A stretch of DNA of 64,000 nt from Candidatus Hydrogenedentota bacterium (GTDB taxonomy: Bacteria > Hydrogenedentota > Hydrogenedentia > Hydrogenedentales > SLHB01): assembly GCA_045863295.1 (NCBI GenBank), contig BTWA01000004.1, positions 32,001 through 96,000 on the forward strand, read 5' to 3'. The translations under genes were made by a program, and so were the position numbers. The notes below the pieces were generated by a model that did no database searches, was not told the DNA's origin, and saw nothing but the letters and a program-made list of their open reading frames with translations. Positions 32,957 to 43,044 of the stretch are shown piece after piece. How positions within the stretch are numbered: the first letter of the stretch is position 1; each line of letters begins with the position of its first letter.

Positions 32957-32985
32957 TTGACAAAGCGCCCCTCACCCTATATACT
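32957..32985 (+). promoter_or_regulatory. near-consensus sigma70 promoter
   Basis: TTGACA-N17-TATACT. Confidence 0.75.
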
Positions 32986-33070
32986 TGATACAGTATGGGG
33001 CCTATTTCTATAGGCCGTTGCGTCTTTGGGGGACCGGGGTTGCAGTTCTAACCCGTGGGAGGGCGCTGAC

Positions 33071-34110
33071 ATGCGTTCCCGTACATGGCGCCGCGCAACG
33101 ATTCTTGCCTTTACATCACTCCTCATCCTGCTTGTGTTTGCTCCTCGGAAGGCGGCTACTGCGCCCTGATACATCCCAATTGCTTCGAGGAAGAGTACAC
33201 TGGAGAAACCGTGGAGTGGGATTTGGGCATGGACGGCGAGATCACCAGCGACGAGTATTACTGCCCCGGTGGCCAGAAGATCGAGGCCCTCTGGTCGTCC
33301 TCCGGAATCAGAGATCTGTCGGGGGAATTGTATACACCGTTCATGTACCAAGTTTCCGTATACGCTCCTACCGTCGATCCGGCATCGCTGCCCATCGGCG
33401 TGTGGGAATTGGATGAAATCTCCTCGGAACACACGGAAATACTACCTGGTGGGACCACCACTGTGACCGTCTCCGTGGATCCGGCCATTGAAGGCGCTGT
33501 GATCGCCATGTCACGGGCGTGGGTACCCAATACCGGCGGCCACGTGGCCAACGAGCACGACCCGACAACAGGACCAGGCGCGGGCGGCGCGTTTGAGGAC
33601 TCGCCCATTTCAACCGGCAGCGATGGCACCGCCGACGTTGACTTCACTGCGTCAGAGTTCTCAGGCTCATGGAATCTCGTGGCAACCGCCTGCGGGGAGT
33701 CGATCCAGGCCTATCAGATCGTGCGCGTGCCGAATCTGGTAGCTTTGGGTGAAGGCGCCAACTGGAATCTCTATGGTCGAATGGATGAACACCCCGATGC
33801 TTGGTATGGAACTGCACAAGCGATAACTGCACTCCAAAATATTGCGGCCTCCTACCACGCTTTCTACCCATCGGCACCGGTCTTAGAATACAATGACTGC
33901 AGCCTTGTCTGGGGTGGAGGATTCGATTTGAATACTACATGGTCAACTCCATCAAATCCCGGACATACCGAACACCGGCTTGGGCTGAATTGTGACGTCA
34001 ATGACGTCCCTGAAGCACGTGAGGCAAAATTGTTTGCATTCATCCAGGAAAACAATGGCAGCTACGACGATAAAACTACTCACTACCATGTTACTTTCAG
34101 TTTTCCATAA
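33071..34110 (+). pseudogene. secreted protein with Ig-like region and C-terminal MepA/LAS-type Zn peptidase domain; frameshifted after the signal peptide
   Basis: GGAGG + ATG at 33071 encodes MRSRTWRRATILAFTSLLILLVFAPRKA, stop at 33169; the -1 frame continues to 34110 with NDCSLVWGG, HTEHRLGLNCD (H-x6-D) and HYH. Confidence 0.65.
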
Positions 34111-34144
34111 TCCGCCAGAAAGCGGTATTTGAGCGGAAAGTCAA

Positions 34145-35149
34145 ATGGGTACAGTCTCGATACTTTTACTCTGGGTTGCTCTTAACGCCAACGATCTCCA
34201 ATCGCTGAGGGATGTTCCCCTTTCGAAGCCGTCGTGGCTTGGCCCACTTAAACCGCTTCCGTACGAGACCTATATTGGTGTCGATCCTGCTACTGGCGAG
34301 GAAATTCGACAAGACCCTAAGCCATCGATCAAGTTTGATCCGGAGAAGATTGAATATACCGCGAAATGGTCGGTAGGTCTGGATAAGGAAACGTCTATGG
34401 TGTGGGTGCCTAGCGTCAATCTGGATGTTACCGTCGCCGCTCGTGTGGAGAGACACGGCGATAACTACCTTTTCGTTTACACACTTCAAAACCACCCAAA
34501 CTCTGTACAAACGATGCAGCGATTTATATTGTCTTGCCCAAGCGAAGTGATTCGCGCAGATGCGCCCGAAGGTTCGTGGAGCAAGACCCCTTCGAATTCT
34601 CTCTGGAAGGAGAAATGGTACTTCTGGATGCATTCGTTTCCACCATATGGCATTGCACCTGGATCCAATCAAACGGGGTTCTCCGTGACAAGTCCGGGAT
34701 GGCCCGGTATCGTGAAATGCCACGCTCGGGGTAACGCGCCGGTAACAAAGATCGAACACGAGCCACCCGCTACAATTAGTGGCGCTCTACCCCGGCATAT
34801 GTTGCAGGATAGTCTAGTTGGACAAACAGTAGGCCCCATGCCCATTCCGGCCAAAACAACCGAAGCAATCAACTTTGTTCTCAATGACTTGATGGAATGT
34901 AATGATGCGGCATCGAAATGGGGCTGGGCCACGGATGAAGCCGCAGCCGAGTTGAAATTACAGGTGGACGCATTGACCAAAGCCGTTCAAGAAGATGTAC
35001 CCAGCAATGCGCTGGCCGCATTGGCAGACTTGGCGAAAGCGGTGGATGCGTTGGAAGCCAAGGAGATCATCACCAACGAGGTGGTGAGCGTATACGAAGC
35101 GCGTGTCGACTGGCTCAAAGCGTACTATGAGGGTGCCGGGAAGCCATAG
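34145..35149 (+). CDS. secreted hypothetical protein (beta-rich domain + C-terminal helical bundle)
   Basis: short signal peptide; full-length paralogue of 35398-36423. Confidence 0.75.
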   Translation: MGTVSILLLWVALNANDLQSLRDVPLSKPSWLGPLKPLPYETYIGVDPATGEEIRQDPKPSIKFDPEKIEYTAKWSVGLDKETSMVWVPSVNLDVTVAARVERHGDNYLFVYTLQNHPNSVQTMQRFILSCPSEVIRADAPEGSWSKTPSNSLWKEKWYFWMHSFPPYGIAPGSNQTGFSVTSPGWPGIVKCHARGNAPVTKIEHEPPATISGALPRHMLQDSLVGQTVGPMPIPAKTTEAINFVLNDLMECNDAASKWGWATDEAAAELKLQVDALTKAVQEDVPSNALAALADLAKAVDALEAKEIITNEVVSVYEARVDWLKAYYEGAGKP

Positions 35150-35333
35150 AAGCTGGAACGGAGATTTACGTGCAGCAATCCCAAATAAGACTTTTGTCTG
35201 GATTAGGAATGCCGATCGGAAATACGGTGCGAGGCCAAGCCAAATACAATGTATGATAGATCCGAACCTGCATGACGCGGCTCCCACCCCGTTCGTGAGA
35301 GGACCCAACGTAAACAAGCAAGGCCTTGTTTCC

Positions 35334-35382
35334 GGCCCCGGCAGGGGCCAGACGTGAATAGCCCCCGGTGAACAACCGGGGG
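35334..35382. repeat. double-hairpin REP-like element
   Basis: GGCCCC-GGCA-GGGGCC then CCCCCGGT-GAACA-ACCGGGGG. Confidence 0.45.
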
Positions 35383-35397
35383 TAAAGAGAAAGCAGC

Positions 35398-36423
35398 ATG
35401 AATCGGTACACGGGTGTTGCGGTACAGGTTGTTTATATCGCATTGCTCTTCAGTCCATTCGCCGCCAACGGGACGGAAATCGAACGCAAACCGCTGTCCA
35501 AACCAGACTGGCTCGGACCAATTGAGCCTGCGCCGTACAAAACCTTTGTAGGTATTGATCCGCAAACAGGCAAGGAAATTCACGAAGACTTGAAACCTTC
35601 CATTGAATTTGATGCCGAGAGGGTCGAATACCACTTGAAGTGGTTTGTACCTTGGGAGAATCGAAACAGTTCCACAATTTGGGTCCCAAGTGTAAATCTG
35701 GACGTTGTGGCTTCGGCCAACGTTGAGTTGCGGGCAGAAGGATATCGGTTTACCTTCAAGTTTCTGAATAGCGAAAAATCAATTCAACACGCATCGGGCG
35801 TAATCATATTCTGCCCGGCAGGTGTTTCCAATGCCAACGGACCCGACGATTCCTGGAAACGACTACCTTCACCCTCCACATCAAAGCGCATATACAACTT
35901 CTGGTTCGATACCAGTCCACCAATCGGTATTCCACCAGGCGATACCGGGGAGTTCACCTTGGTCAGCGCAGGTTGGCCTGCTATTGTGGACTGTCATGTG
36001 CACGGACACGCGCCGACACTTCGGACAGACTCCGAAATGCCTGGAGCGATTGAGAATGCGTTACCCCGAGGCCTGTTGGAAGACTGCCTCAATGGAAAGA
36101 CCATAGGACCCGCACCAATACCTCCGCCAAACGTCGAATCCGTTGGCGCCATTTTAGCGGAGATGAAAGAATGTCCGGATACAGCCTTAAAATGGGGTTG
36201 GGCGACTGATGATGCCGCAGCCCAATTGAGACTACGTGTGGAAACCTTGTCCAAGGCGGCGCACGAAAGCGGCCCCAGGGAAGCCCTAGCCGCGCTGACT
36301 GAACTGAGCAAGATCATTGACGATTTCAAAGCCAAGGAGATCATCACCAACGAGGTGGTGAGCGTCTACGAAGCCCGCATTGACTGGCTCAAGGCGTATT
36401 ACGAAAAGCAAGGAACACTATAA
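35398..36423 (+). CDS. secreted hypothetical protein, tandem paralogue
   Basis: signal peptide; shared PLSKP.WLGP, WVPSVNLDV, GWP.IV.CH, KWGWATD, AKEIITNEVVSVYEAR. Confidence 0.75.
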   Translation: MNRYTGVAVQVVYIALLFSPFAANGTEIERKPLSKPDWLGPIEPAPYKTFVGIDPQTGKEIHEDLKPSIEFDAERVEYHLKWFVPWENRNSSTIWVPSVNLDVVASANVELRAEGYRFTFKFLNSEKSIQHASGVIIFCPAGVSNANGPDDSWKRLPSPSTSKRIYNFWFDTSPPIGIPPGDTGEFTLVSAGWPAIVDCHVHGHAPTLRTDSEMPGAIENALPRGLLEDCLNGKTIGPAPIPPPNVESVGAILAEMKECPDTALKWGWATDDAAAQLRLRVETLSKAAHESGPREALAALTELSKIIDDFKAKEIITNEVVSVYEARIDWLKAYYEKQGTL

Positions 36424-36493
36424 GTTCCGTTGCCCGATGCTGCCGTGCCACAAATCGCCCACTTTCTGAAATACCGGCGAGTTCTGGATCGAG

Positions 36494-36865
36494 TTATTCG
36501 CTGATCGGTAGAATCCGCACTCTCGACCTATGCTCGTCAATTGTGATGATGGCGCCACGTTTGAGGCCATCTTCGAATTGGCGTAAGACGGCCATCACAC
36601 GATGCGCACTGTTGGCAGGCAGTATATCGTCCATTCTAAACTGAACCACGCTTGGACCAAGTGCGCGGGTGGCGGCGATAATTGCGCTCATATCCAAATC
36701 ATGGCTCAAGACGGCATAGCCGTTTGCAGCCGCATAGCCCAAAATTTCCGAATCCGATGCCGTGGCTGGACCAACACTGGACCAATGCACGGTTCCGTTG
36801 TATCCATTAGCACCAAGGACTTCGGCCCATTGTGGGCTCAAATTCATGTCAATTATAAATTTCAT
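36494..36865 (-). CDS. DUF5615 PIN-like toxin
   Basis: MKFIIDMNLSP, SDSEIL, VLSHDLD, GPSVV; ATGA coupling to DUF433. Confidence 0.9.
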   Translation of the reverse strand: MKFIIDMNLSPQWAEVLGANGYNGTVHWSSVGPATASDSEILGYAAANGYAVLSHDLDMSAIIAATRALGPSVVQFRMDDILPANSAHRVMAVLRQFEDGLKRGAIITIDEHRSRVRILPISE

Positions 36866-37092
36866 GCCTGCGCAAAAGGCACGTCTATTTCCTCGGCGCG
36901 CCATGATGCGTAAGCAAGGGCCTCATGAATATCATCCTCCTCCAGGTACGGGTACGCCAAGAGAATTTCGGGGATGGTGTGGCGCGAAGCCATGAGGCCC
37001 ACGATCATACCGACCGTAACTCGCATGTGGCGAATGCAGGGCTTTCCGCCCATGACATTGGGGTCGAATGTAATGCGAGTTAGATTCTTCAT
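36862..37092 (-). CDS. DUF433 antitoxin
   Basis: RITFDPNVMGGKPCIRHMRVTV...EILLAYPYLEEDDI. Confidence 0.92.
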   Translation of the reverse strand: MKNLTRITFDPNVMGGKPCIRHMRVTVGMIVGLMASRHTIPEILLAYPYLEEDDIHEALAYASWRAEEIDVPFAQA

Positions 37093-37167
37093 TTTCCTTT
37101 GAACTCCGTCCGGAACAGTATACATCCGGAAAGTGGGTTCGGCCCGCATCTTCCTTTTTGTCCCGCG

Positions 37168-37626
37168 TCACCCGTAATACCGCATCACGGATTCGATGGC
37201 GAGGACGGGCTTGTCGCCTTTCTCCGTTTCAATGGAAATGGCCACGGTCAGTTGCTTGCAGCCCGGCACTTCCTTGATCGCTTGAAACGTGGCGCGCGCG
37301 CGAATGCGGCTGGGAATCGGCACAGGGGCGGGAAAACGCATCTTCTCGCAGCCGTAGTTCACCACCATCTTGGTGCCGGTCACTTCCCAGATTTGCGCGA
37401 GCAGGTACGGCGCGAGACTCAGCGTGTAGAACCCGTGCGCGACGGTGCAGCCGAACGGCGAATCGGTCTTGCAGCGTTCGACATCGATGTGAATCCATTG
37501 TTCGTCGCGCGTGACCTTGGCGAACGTGTTCACGTCTTCCTGCGTCACGTCGTGCCAGTCCGACACGCCGACTTCTTGTCCAATGTAATCCGCGAGCGAA
37601 TCGTAAGGTATTTGTTTGAGAGCCAT
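37168..37626 (-). CDS. MaoC family dehydratase
   Basis: GVSDW..TQ..VNTFA..TRDEQWIHID, AHGFYTLSL, NYGCEKMRFPAPV. Confidence 0.9.
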   Translation of the reverse strand: MALKQIPYDSLADYIGQEVGVSDWHDVTQEDVNTFAKVTRDEQWIHIDVERCKTDSPFGCTVAHGFYTLSLAPYLLAQIWEVTGTKMVVNYGCEKMRFPAPVPIPSRIRARATFQAIKEVPGCKQLTVAISIETEKGDKPVLAIESVMRYYG

Positions 37627-37718
37627 GCAGGGAAACAATGCCTCCAATGGTCGGGCGTATCAGCAGCATCCACCTGCTGATTGTGCCACAGGCCGTGCGC
37701 GCGGAAAAAGCCCGGAGG

Positions 37719-38516
37719 TCACAAGCCTGCCGTTCGATAGAGTTCCCACTCCGGTTCGTTCTCGAAAAGCCAACGGTAATACTCCTGATGCTCCAGCCGG
37801 CCCGCCGCCGCCTCGTCCACGATGACGGAACACCGCGGGTGCAATTGCAGGGCCGTGGCGGAGATCATGGAGGTCACCGGGCCTTCCACGGCCTTCGCGA
37901 TAATCTCCGCTTTGCTGCCGCCAACCGCGAGCAGTACGCACCGGCGCGCTTCCAGAATCGTGCCCACGCCCATGGTAATGGCCCGCTTGGGCATCCGGTC
38001 CACACCGCCGAACAGCGGGCCGTTCTGTTCCAGCGTGCGCGGGGAAAGCGCCTTCGCGCGCGTGCGCGAGAACATCGCGGAAAGCGGTTCATTGAATCCG
38101 ATATGGCCGGTGCTTCCGATGCCGAGCAGTTGAAAGTCGATGCCGCCGCATTCGCGGATGGTGTTCTCGTACACCTCGCACTCGTGATCGAAGTCCGCCG
38201 CCGCCCCGTTGGGCAAATGTGTGTTGCGAATGTCGATGTTCACGTGATTGAACAGGTGCTTGTTCATGTAATAGCGGTACGAATGCTCGTTCTCCGCCGG
38301 AATGCCGATGTACTCGTCCAGGTTGAACGTGGTCACGCGCGAAAAATCGAGATCCTCTTCGTGGTGCAGCCGAACGAGCATCGCGTACACATCTTCCATC
38401 GTGCGGCCGGTGGCGAGACCAAGCACAAGCCGCGGCTTGGCACGTATCTCGTTCGCGATAATGCGCGCGGTCAGTTCCTCCGCGGCGTCCTGCGTGGGCC
38501 GGATTATGACTTCCAT
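37719..38516 (-). CDS. nagB: glucosamine-6-phosphate deaminase
   Basis: LGLATGRT, FNLDEY, GGIDFQLLGIG..GHIGFNEP, AITMGVGTI. Confidence 0.95.
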   Translation of the reverse strand: MEVIIRPTQDAAEELTARIIANEIRAKPRLVLGLATGRTMEDVYAMLVRLHHEEDLDFSRVTTFNLDEYIGIPAENEHSYRYYMNKHLFNHVNIDIRNTHLPNGAAADFDHECEVYENTIRECGGIDFQLLGIGSTGHIGFNEPLSAMFSRTRAKALSPRTLEQNGPLFGGVDRMPKRAITMGVGTILEARRCVLLAVGGSKAEIIAKAVEGPVTSMISATALQLHPRCSVIVDEAAAGRLEHQEYYRWLFENEPEWELYRTAGL

Positions 38517-38553
38517 ACGTTTCCCTCTATCTCTATTCGTACACGACCGCGTT

Positions 38554-39513
38554 TCACTCAAACGGAAACAGCGATAGGACTCGACTGTAAATCTCGACGG
38601 CTATCGCATGATGCCCGGGCGACGTGCGCGCAAACCGCTCCATCATCACCCCGGAGTTAATCTCCAGCACCGACAACCCCTGACGGCTGCGAATCACGTC
38701 CACGGATCCAAAACGAAGATCGATAGCCTCCGCCGCGCGGACCGCCAGCGTTTCCACGGACGCCTCGCTCACAATCTCGGGATACGCGCCGAACGCCAGA
38801 TTGTGCCGCCATTCCAACGGAAACCGCATACCCTCGGGTACTACGGTATGCTGACTCGACAACACTTCGGGCCGCCACGGCATCCGCCGAATCAACTCGT
38901 CGGGCAAGTCCGCGATCAGCTCGCGCAGGGTCCGCTTGCCGTCTCCGGTGATTTCCGGGCGAATTTTCCGGAAGCAGGTCTCCACCGTTCCATCAAGCAC
39001 CACACAACGGTACTCGTCGTCTATCGATGCAAACGGCGACAGGCACACGCTGGGATAAACGGCGAACAGCCGCTGAACGATGGTCTCCAGGGCCACCATG
39101 GTGCAGGCTAGCTCCACGTCAATCCCGCCCGTGCCGTTGTTCGGTTTACACACCACTCCTTCGTCGTGCCGCCGCAGGTACTCGCGCATGGAGTCCCAAT
39201 TGCCCGCATCGTCCACGTACTTTTGCCGAATGGCCGGATTGAGAAACAGCACATGCTCGACACAAGGCACGCCGGCCAATGTCAGCGCGTCCCACGTGGC
39301 GCACTTGTCATCCGCGACCAGCATTGACGTTGCATTGTTCAGGCCGAAATCATACCCAAAGAGATAGCCCTGCCGGCCGTCTTTCGACAGCCGGAACACC
39401 CAGCCATTCGATTGCGGCAGTTCGGTCAAGGCAATGCCATGCTTCGCGGCCAACGATGGCAACACCTGTACCAGGAATCGTTGATGGTTTCGTTCCATTC
39501 GGCAGTCATCCAT
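38554..39513 (-). CDS. ATP-grasp ligase (RimK/cyanophycin synthetase-like)
   Basis: ADDK, VCKPNNGTGGIDV, EYRCVV, GDGKRTLRELI, SVDV..VLEINS. Confidence 0.82.
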   Translation of the reverse strand: MDDCRMERNHQRFLVQVLPSLAAKHGIALTELPQSNGWVFRLSKDGRQGYLFGYDFGLNNATSMLVADDKCATWDALTLAGVPCVEHVLFLNPAIRQKYVDDAGNWDSMREYLRRHDEGVVCKPNNGTGGIDVELACTMVALETIVQRLFAVYPSVCLSPFASIDDEYRCVVLDGTVETCFRKIRPEITGDGKRTLRELIADLPDELIRRMPWRPEVLSSQHTVVPEGMRFPLEWRHNLAFGAYPEIVSEASVETLAVRAAEAIDLRFGSVDVIRSRQGLSVLEINSGVMMERFARTSPGHHAIAVEIYSRVLSLFPFE

Positions 39514-39723
39514 ACGGAGATCGGCCGTTACGCGCTCCGCACGTACAGGCCTTCACGCATTTTCCACCACGCCTTTCGCAGCCGGTACGTTCGTTAGACA
39601 CTCATGTGCCTGAATCGAATCACGGAGAGTGGCAATCCTCTCAAATTAATCCTCGGGATACGACAATCGCCTGTGCGCCGCATTCGGACGCACAGGCGAA
39701 GTTAAGACGAAATACGTACCCAG

Positions 39724-40620
39724 TTACTGCGCGGGCGCTGCTGGCTGTTCCGCCGCCGGTTCGGTTGTGTCTGGCGCCGTTACCGCATTCGGATCCACGG
39801 AGATATTCAAATCGGTATCCGGCAACTGCAACTCCAAACTCGGCGCCGCCTCGCTTGCCGCATCCGTCGCGGGCTCCGCCGACGTAGCATCCACCGGCGC
39901 GGCCACGGCCCCATCCGGCGTGGCGCTTGCTTCTACAACCGGCGCCGGAAACAAATCGGGGTGCGCGGCCTTCAACGCAGTGAGTTTCTCCTGCGCTCTC
40001 GCAGCCACGGAGGACCCAGGAAATCCATCCACCTGGGTTTGATAGGCGTCGCCCGCCTCTTTGAACTTGCCTTGGGCTTCCAGCACCCGGCCCATGTTCA
40101 ACGATTGGCGCCGGGCGGCGAAACTCTCCGGCCACTTCGTCTGTATTTCCTGATACATGGCAGCGGCCGTTTCCAAGTCTTCGTTGTTCTCGGCAATGTA
40201 TCCGAGACCTTCGACAGCATCGGGCGTATACGGCGAATCGGCAAAGTCAGCGCGTAGCCGTTCAAAAGCGGCCTTCGCCTCTTCATAACGGCCCGCGTCA
40301 TAGGCCGCTTCGGCCGAAAGATACACGGCTTCCGCGCTGGATCGGCCCGCACCTTCCGCAAGTTTGGCTAGATCCGACGCCTTCATTTCGGGCGTGGTCT
40401 GCGCCAGCGCGCGCGCGATTTCGGTCGTGATCGTCCGGTCTTTCTCCAACGTGGACTGACGGTAAATCAGCCCCGCGATGACGCAAGCCGCCACGAATAC
40501 GATTCCACCGATGTACAGCCACGGGTTCGACTGGACGCTCTCCAGGAACCGGTGCAAATCTCCCTTGTCGGACTTCTCGGGAACGAAATGCCCGGGTTTG
40601 CTTTTCTGTTGCAATGCCAT
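39724..40620 (-). CDS. membrane-anchored TPR protein (YfgM-like)
   Basis: single TM, TPR-like helices (AKAAFERL..DFADS, YQEIQTKWPES), acidic P/A tail. Confidence 0.75.
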   Translation of the reverse strand: MALQQKSKPGHFVPEKSDKGDLHRFLESVQSNPWLYIGGIVFVAACVIAGLIYRQSTLEKDRTITTEIARALAQTTPEMKASDLAKLAEGAGRSSAEAVYLSAEAAYDAGRYEEAKAAFERLRADFADSPYTPDAVEGLGYIAENNEDLETAAAMYQEIQTKWPESFAARRQSLNMGRVLEAQGKFKEAGDAYQTQVDGFPGSSVAARAQEKLTALKAAHPDLFPAPVVEASATPDGAVAAPVDATSAEPATDAASEAAPSLELQLPDTDLNISVDPNAVTAPDTTEPAAEQPAAPAQ

Positions 40621-40713
40621 GATCTTGTCCATAACTCCACACTTCAGTTTGGTTGCAGCTACCGGGTCCCGCGCAGGCCATGCAACAAACGGCAACGCCG
40701 CTCCGCACCCTCG

Positions 40714-41199
40714 TCAATACACCCGGCCCCATTCCACGATTTGCCACTTGCCGCTGATTTTTTCCAGGTACACGTCCACCCGGCCCTGCAAATTGATGGG
40801 CGGGTCATCGGCCACGTTGAACGGTTCGGCCAAGGTGCCAAATGTCTCCACCGCCCGCGCCTGCGTGTCATGCACCTCGACGATGGGCCGCACCCGTGTA
40901 ATTCGAATCACCTTGTACCGCTTGAACAAATCGTTCAAGTAATTCTGCATGTCGCCGTAGGTGCGCCCTTCACCATCGCTGTAGGTTCGCGATACATGCG
41001 CCAGCACCCGGAAAATCCGCCGCGATTCCATGCCCTGGTGAATCTCGTCCAGCAAGGCCACAATCTGCTCTTCATCACTGGCTCGCGGAGCCGTGATCCC
41101 CGGAATGTCTACGCCCGGCACTTCCACTGGAAGCCGGCTATTGCACTGCACGGCCAGCGGTATCAGCAACAGGGCCAGTACCGGGGCGGTATATTTCAT
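40714..41199 (-). CDS. hypothetical lipoprotein (possible NTF2-like fold)
   Basis: signal with AVQC; C-terminal LEKISGKWQIVEW. Confidence 0.65.
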   Translation of the reverse strand: MKYTAPVLALLLIPLAVQCNSRLPVEVPGVDIPGITAPRASDEEQIVALLDEIHQGMESRRIFRVLAHVSRTYSDGEGRTYGDMQNYLNDLFKRYKVIRITRVRPIVEVHDTQARAVETFGTLAEPFNVADDPPINLQGRVDVYLEKISGKWQIVEWGRVY

Positions 41200-41201
41200 G
41201 T

Positions 41202-41708
41202 CTACACGTTTTCCGGCGTCAGAAGTATCACCAATTCGCGGCCACGCGAAACGCCAAGGTCCCGCACCGTTATCGTAAGGCGGCGGCCCGCTTTCTTGAA
41301 CAGCAATTCCGCCGCGCCCACCTGCACCACATTGTCCAGTTTCCAATCGGCCGCCGGACATTCACGGATAAAGAACTGTGCGAGATCGTTCACCGATTCC
41401 CGCGAGATGTACACCATGCGCCCAACCTGAATGGAAGCAGACTCAAAAACAAACGTCTTTTCCAAGTCTTCTTTTAAACCCGTCGGCAAGGGTATGTCGG
41501 AAAAACGTTGGCTGGGGGAAAGGGCCAAACCCTCTTCCGCGGGAGGCATCGCCGAAGGAGCCGCCACATCCGGTTCTTCCTGCAAATCGGCCGGTGCCGG
41601 CGTCGATCCAAAGCCAAACGGCGACGTCTGGCAACCACTCAACACAACCCACGCTGAAACCAAACCGCAAAAACACACCCGGGTCAATTGTGCGCTGCTT
41701 TTCAACAT
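41202..41708 (-). CDS. hypothetical lipoprotein
   Basis: lipobox LSGC; RFSDIPLP motif. Confidence 0.7.
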   Translation of the reverse strand: MLKSSAQLTRVCFCGLVSAWVVLSGCQTSPFGFGSTPAPADLQEEPDVAAPSAMPPAEEGLALSPSQRFSDIPLPTGLKEDLEKTFVFESASIQVGRMVYISRESVNDLAQFFIRECPAADWKLDNVVQVGAAELLFKKAGRRLTITVRDLGVSRGRELVILLTPENV

Positions 41709-41889
41709 GCTATCCCTTCGTCCCGCCTGATCGCACCTCCAAAAGCAGGCGCGAAACCAAACTCCCCCACACTGAGGAAGGCACGATAACAATACCGGCA
41801 GGCATGGGAAAGGTTCAAGTGACGCGCTTTTCGCACCGGGTTGCCGATGAAATCGGACCCACGTCATGCATGCGGCAGGAAACCGGGGA

Positions 41890-42762
41890 TCAGGCCAATT
41901 TTACGGCGCCTATCCGGTTGATCATGTCGTCGATCTCGGTACGCTCCAAAAATCCCACGGTCATGGTATCGAGGCACCCCAATCCCAGCACATACTGCAG
42001 GGATTCCGGGATTTTCGTGTTCAACTCGCCCTCGCCCACGATCTTCATGCCCAGCATCCCTTTGCCGCTGGCATGGGCCTTCTTCAACAAGGCCGATACT
42101 TCCTCGGGAGTGCCGTCCATCTTAACGCCGAACGGATTGATACGGGAGAGCATGCAATCCACCCACGGCGACTCCGATGCCGTCTGCATGGCACCAAAAT
42201 TATGACAGGATACGCCGTGCGCACGGATCTGGCCCTTTTCTTTCGCCTCCGATAGTACGTCCATGCACCCCTGCAACTTCACATTCCAGTCCGGCTCCGT
42301 CATGCAATGCAACAACACCACGTCCACATAGTCCGTGTCCAACTCTTTGCGAAATCGCTCTAAGTCCGCACGGAGCATGCCCGGTTCGCGCGACACGGAT
42401 TTGGACAGCAACATGCATTCCTCGCGCTTCACCGAAGCCTTCATGGCGTCTTTCATGTAGTCGTGCGCCCCGTACATATCGGCGAGATCGAAATAGCGCA
42501 AGCCTTGCGCATAGGCATGCTCAATCAACGTAACAAAATGCTGCCGGCCCATCCGGTTCTGGGCCGAACTGCCGTTCCAGGCTTTTGTGCCCGTTCCCAT
42601 CCCAAGCAACGAACACTGAATGCCGGTACCGCCCAACGTGCGTGACGCCGTTGCCTGAAACGATGCCGGAGCGGCCCCCTGGGCAAAGGCCGGCACCGAT
42701 GCCGCCGCTGCCAATAGTCCCCCCGTGTGCTTCATGAACTGCCGACGATTCATGCACGCCAT
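41890..42762 (-). CDS. aldo/keto reductase with Tat signal
   Basis: MNRRQFMK; LGGTG..S.LGMG, FDLADMYG, ELDTDYVD..LLH, GVSCH. Confidence 0.9.
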   Translation of the reverse strand: MACMNRRQFMKHTGGLLAAAASVPAFAQGAAPASFQATASRTLGGTGIQCSLLGMGTGTKAWNGSSAQNRMGRQHFVTLIEHAYAQGLRYFDLADMYGAHDYMKDAMKASVKREECMLLSKSVSREPGMLRADLERFRKELDTDYVDVVLLHCMTEPDWNVKLQGCMDVLSEAKEKGQIRAHGVSCHNFGAMQTASESPWVDCMLSRINPFGVKMDGTPEEVSALLKKAHASGKGMLGMKIVGEGELNTKIPESLQYVLGLGCLDTMTVGFLERTEIDDMINRIGAVKLA

Positions 42763-43044
42763 GACGGTTTTCCTCTTTAGTCTGCGAGCAGCACGTGATT
42801 ATGCCGCTGTCCATCACCTTAGACCTGCTCTAAACTGTTTTCAACTGAAAAACAGCGTACACAGCGCCAAATCATGATTCGATTCACAATTTGCGGTCCA
42901 TGCCGGTTTTCAGCCATAATTAGACAGTGTTGAAATAGCGTACCCGGTACGCAGGATTACCATCCGCACGGACACGGGCTGTCTTGCCTTGCGGATAATT
43001 CCAGCCCCCGTATAACCGGCTGAATATCGGAGCCTTGTATAACC

